From positions 5,580,001-5,612,000 of the forward strand of contig NZ_LN831024.1 of assembly GCF_001457615.1 (NCBI RefSeq): a stretch of 32,000 bases of DNA, written 5' to 3'. The translations under genes were made by a program, and so were the position numbers. This DNA comes from Pseudomonas aeruginosa (lineage in GTDB: Bacteria > Pseudomonadota > Gammaproteobacteria > Pseudomonadales > Pseudomonadaceae). Positions 29,891 through 32,000 of this stretch are shown piece after piece; position 1 is the stretch's first letter, and the number at the start of each line of letters is the position of its first letter. Under the pieces are notes generated by a model. It did not search any database and was not told the DNA's origin. It saw only the letters and a program-made list of their open reading frames with translations.

Positions 29891-31714
29891 ATGGAAAACC
29901 AGAGCCCCCACCTCTCGTTGCGCGTCCCCACTCCGACGCAGCAGAACCTGAGCTTCTGCGACGCCACCCCGAAGGACATCAAGTACTGGCTGGCGCACCT
30001 GCCCAAGGCCAACCTCGGGGAAACCGCGCGCCAGCTCTACCAGGGCCTGATCGAACTCAACCAGTTGGTGCTGCCCGTCGAGGCCCGCCTGCAACTGCTC
30101 GAACTGTTCCGTCCAGAGGTGCATTTCGTCTGCGCCCACCTGGAACGGCACTTCCTCAACCAGGCCATCGTCCTCGACGAACGGCCGCGCAAGATCGCCA
30201 ACCTCTGCCAGGCCCTGCAGAACCACCTGGCCATCGGCTACAAGCTGATCGTGGTCCAGGAAGCGCCGCGCAACAGCCGCGACCGCGCGCAGCTGTTCGC
30301 GGTCGGCATCCAGCGGGCGATCCGCAGCCTGTGCGGGCCGCTGATCCGCGCCAGCCAGTTGTACTGCCCGGTCCCCGAGGGGCTTTGGCTGGAACTCCAC
30401 CAGCTCTACCAGTTGGCCAGCCAGCGCGGCGTGCATCGTCTCGCGGTGCGCGACGAACTGGCCAAGCACACCCCCGGCCTGAGCGTCGAGCAGGCCTACC
30501 TGATTCCGCTGCTGCTCGGCTGCGCGCGCTGCAACCAGATGCGCCAGAACAACATTGCACGGCTCGCCGAGGTGCTCGAACCCTGGAGCCAGCTGCTGTC
30601 GATACAGAGCGCGACGCTGCCCGGCTCGCTGTTCATCGCCGTGCCGCAGATCGACGGCCCGCCGCGCTACCGTTCGCTGTACCCGGAGACCCAACTGGCC
30701 AGTGCCCTGGGCATCGACACCCAGCCGCTGGTCGAGCTGATCCGCGAATACCTGCTGCAGCCCGAGGCCGAACGCGCGAAAGCACGCCTGCCGCTGATCG
30801 AAGGGGTGACCCTGGACCTGCTGCAACATCTCTCCTCGGCCTGGGGTGACATCGCCGAACGTACCTTCCAGCGCACCCAGGGCCAGGGCCAGTTGACCCT
30901 GTGCATCGGCATGAGCGCCCTGCACTACTTCCTCGCCGGGCGCCGCCCGTTCAACGAGGTCCTGCAGATCCAGGAAGCGCCCGAGGCGCCTCGCTTCAAG
31001 GCCGACGTCCAGGACGCCTGGGCCGGCGCCTTCGATGCACAGAAGGTCACCGACTGGCAGCCCGGCATGCCGCTGGAGGAAATCGAGTACCGCCCGCACC
31101 AGTCGCCCCGCAGTGTGCAACCCGGGCACCCGCAGGCCCACGCACAGGCTGACGCCACCGAGGACTACCCGACCTACGCCCTGCCCATCGTCAACCACAG
31201 CCCCGGCGGCTATTGCCTGAGCTGGCCGAAGGAGGTGCCCGCCCAACTGCAGGCGGGCGAACTGGTCGGCCTGCAGGACCTTCCAGGCCAGGCGTGGAGC
31301 ATCGCGGTGGTGCGCTGGATCCGCCAGGTACGCAATGGCGGCACGCAGATGGGCATCGAGATGATCGCCCCGGCGGCACAGCCCTGCGGCCTGCAACTGC
31401 TGCGCAAGACCGAGCAGAGCAGCCACTACCTGCGCGCCCTGCTGCTGCCGGCGATCGCCGCGATCTCGCGGCCGGCGACGGTGATCACCCCGCGCCTGCC
31501 GTTCCAGGAGGGCAGCCGGGTGCAGATCAACCTGCACGGCGAGGAGCGGCGCGCGGTGCTGAATCGCCGGCAGGCCTCGACCGGCAGCTTCAGCCAGTTC
31601 GAATACCGCTCGGCGGAACCGGTGAACACCCCGAGCGATAAGCCGGTCACAGCGCCAGTGGCCCGGCCGCCTGCGGGGGAGGAAGATTTTGACTCGCTCT
31701 GGAAGTCTCTGTAG
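29891..31714 (+). CDS. Uncharacterised protein with PilZ-like C-terminal segment, upstream of fimX
   Basis: 607 aa ORF; C-terminal region contains VNHSPGGYCLSW...AGELVGLQ...WSIAVVRWIRQVRNGGTQMGIEMIAP, which resembles the (D/N)xSxxG block and following strands of PilZ domains. Confidence 0.75.
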   Translation: MENQSPHLSLRVPTPTQQNLSFCDATPKDIKYWLAHLPKANLGETARQLYQGLIELNQLVLPVEARLQLLELFRPEVHFVCAHLERHFLNQAIVLDERPRKIANLCQALQNHLAIGYKLIVVQEAPRNSRDRAQLFAVGIQRAIRSLCGPLIRASQLYCPVPEGLWLELHQLYQLASQRGVHRLAVRDELAKHTPGLSVEQAYLIPLLLGCARCNQMRQNNIARLAEVLEPWSQLLSIQSATLPGSLFIAVPQIDGPPRYRSLYPETQLASALGIDTQPLVELIREYLLQPEAERAKARLPLIEGVTLDLLQHLSSAWGDIAERTFQRTQGQGQLTLCIGMSALHYFLAGRRPFNEVLQIQEAPEAPRFKADVQDAWAGAFDAQKVTDWQPGMPLEEIEYRPHQSPRSVQPGHPQAHAQADATEDYPTYALPIVNHSPGGYCLSWPKEVPAQLQAGELVGLQDLPGQAWSIAVVRWIRQVRNGGTQMGIEMIAPAAQPCGLQLLRKTEQSSHYLRALLLPAIAAISRPATVITPRLPFQEGSRVQINLHGEERRAVLNRRQASTGSFSQFEYRSAEPVNTPSDKPVTAPVARPPAGEEDFDSLWKSL

Positions 31715-31779
31715 ATTGCCCCGACACCTCCATTCGCCGTCTTTTCGCGCCTGCCCGGACGCGGACTGAGCCCTTTCCA

Positions 31780-32000
31780 TGGCCATCGAAAAGAAAACCA
31801 TCCGCCTGCTGATTCTGGAAGACTCGCAGAACGAAGCCGAACGCCTGGTCAGTCTGTTCCGCAATGCCGGCCACGCGACCCGCGTACATCGACTGACCTC
31901 TCCCGAGGACCTCGCCGAAACCCTCCAGCAAAGCTGGGACCTGCTGATCGCCGCGCCGACCAGCGAGTGTCTCGAGCCCGGCGAGGCGCTCGCTACCTTG
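31780..32000 (+). CDS. fimX: FimX, cyclic-di-GMP-binding twitching motility regulator, N-terminus only
   Basis: MAIEKKTIRLLILEDSQNEAERLVSLFRNAGHATRVHRLTSPEDLAETLQQSWDLLIAAPTSECLEPGEALATL, receiver-like fold; gene runs off the right edge. Confidence 0.9.

Overview
This 32 kb window is gene-dense, high-GC chromosomal core sequence. The encoded proteins and gene order match my memory of Pseudomonas aeruginosa (the alr/dnaB to fimX region, about PA4930-PA4959 in PAO1 numbering). That assignment comes from recall and protein motifs, not from a search. Left to right I read: alr (partial), dnaB, rplI, a DUF2232-like membrane protein gene, rpsR, rpsF, rlmB and rnr on the minus strand; two identical tRNA-Leu(CAG) genes on the plus strand; purA, hisZ, a DUF2065-like gene, hflC, hflK, hflX, hfq, miaA, mutL, amiB, tsaE and nnr on the minus strand; queG (+), orn (-), rsgA (+), motB and motA (-), an HDOD-like gene (+), rhdA (+), psd (+), an uncharacterised gene with a PilZ-like motif (+), and the start of fimX (+). 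I found no CRISPR array, transposon, prophage, intein or toxin/defence cassette, and nothing that supports a previously undescribed system. The items most worth a second look are small regulatory and RNA elements in the intergenic gaps: a candidate S6:S18-type autoregulatory hairpin before rpsF, a duplicated tRNA-Leu unit with tetraloop leader hairpins, a sigma28-like promoter upstream of motA, and strong hairpins at rlmB, hflC, mutL/miaA and psd. A possible cryptic PilZ domain next to fimX is the other.
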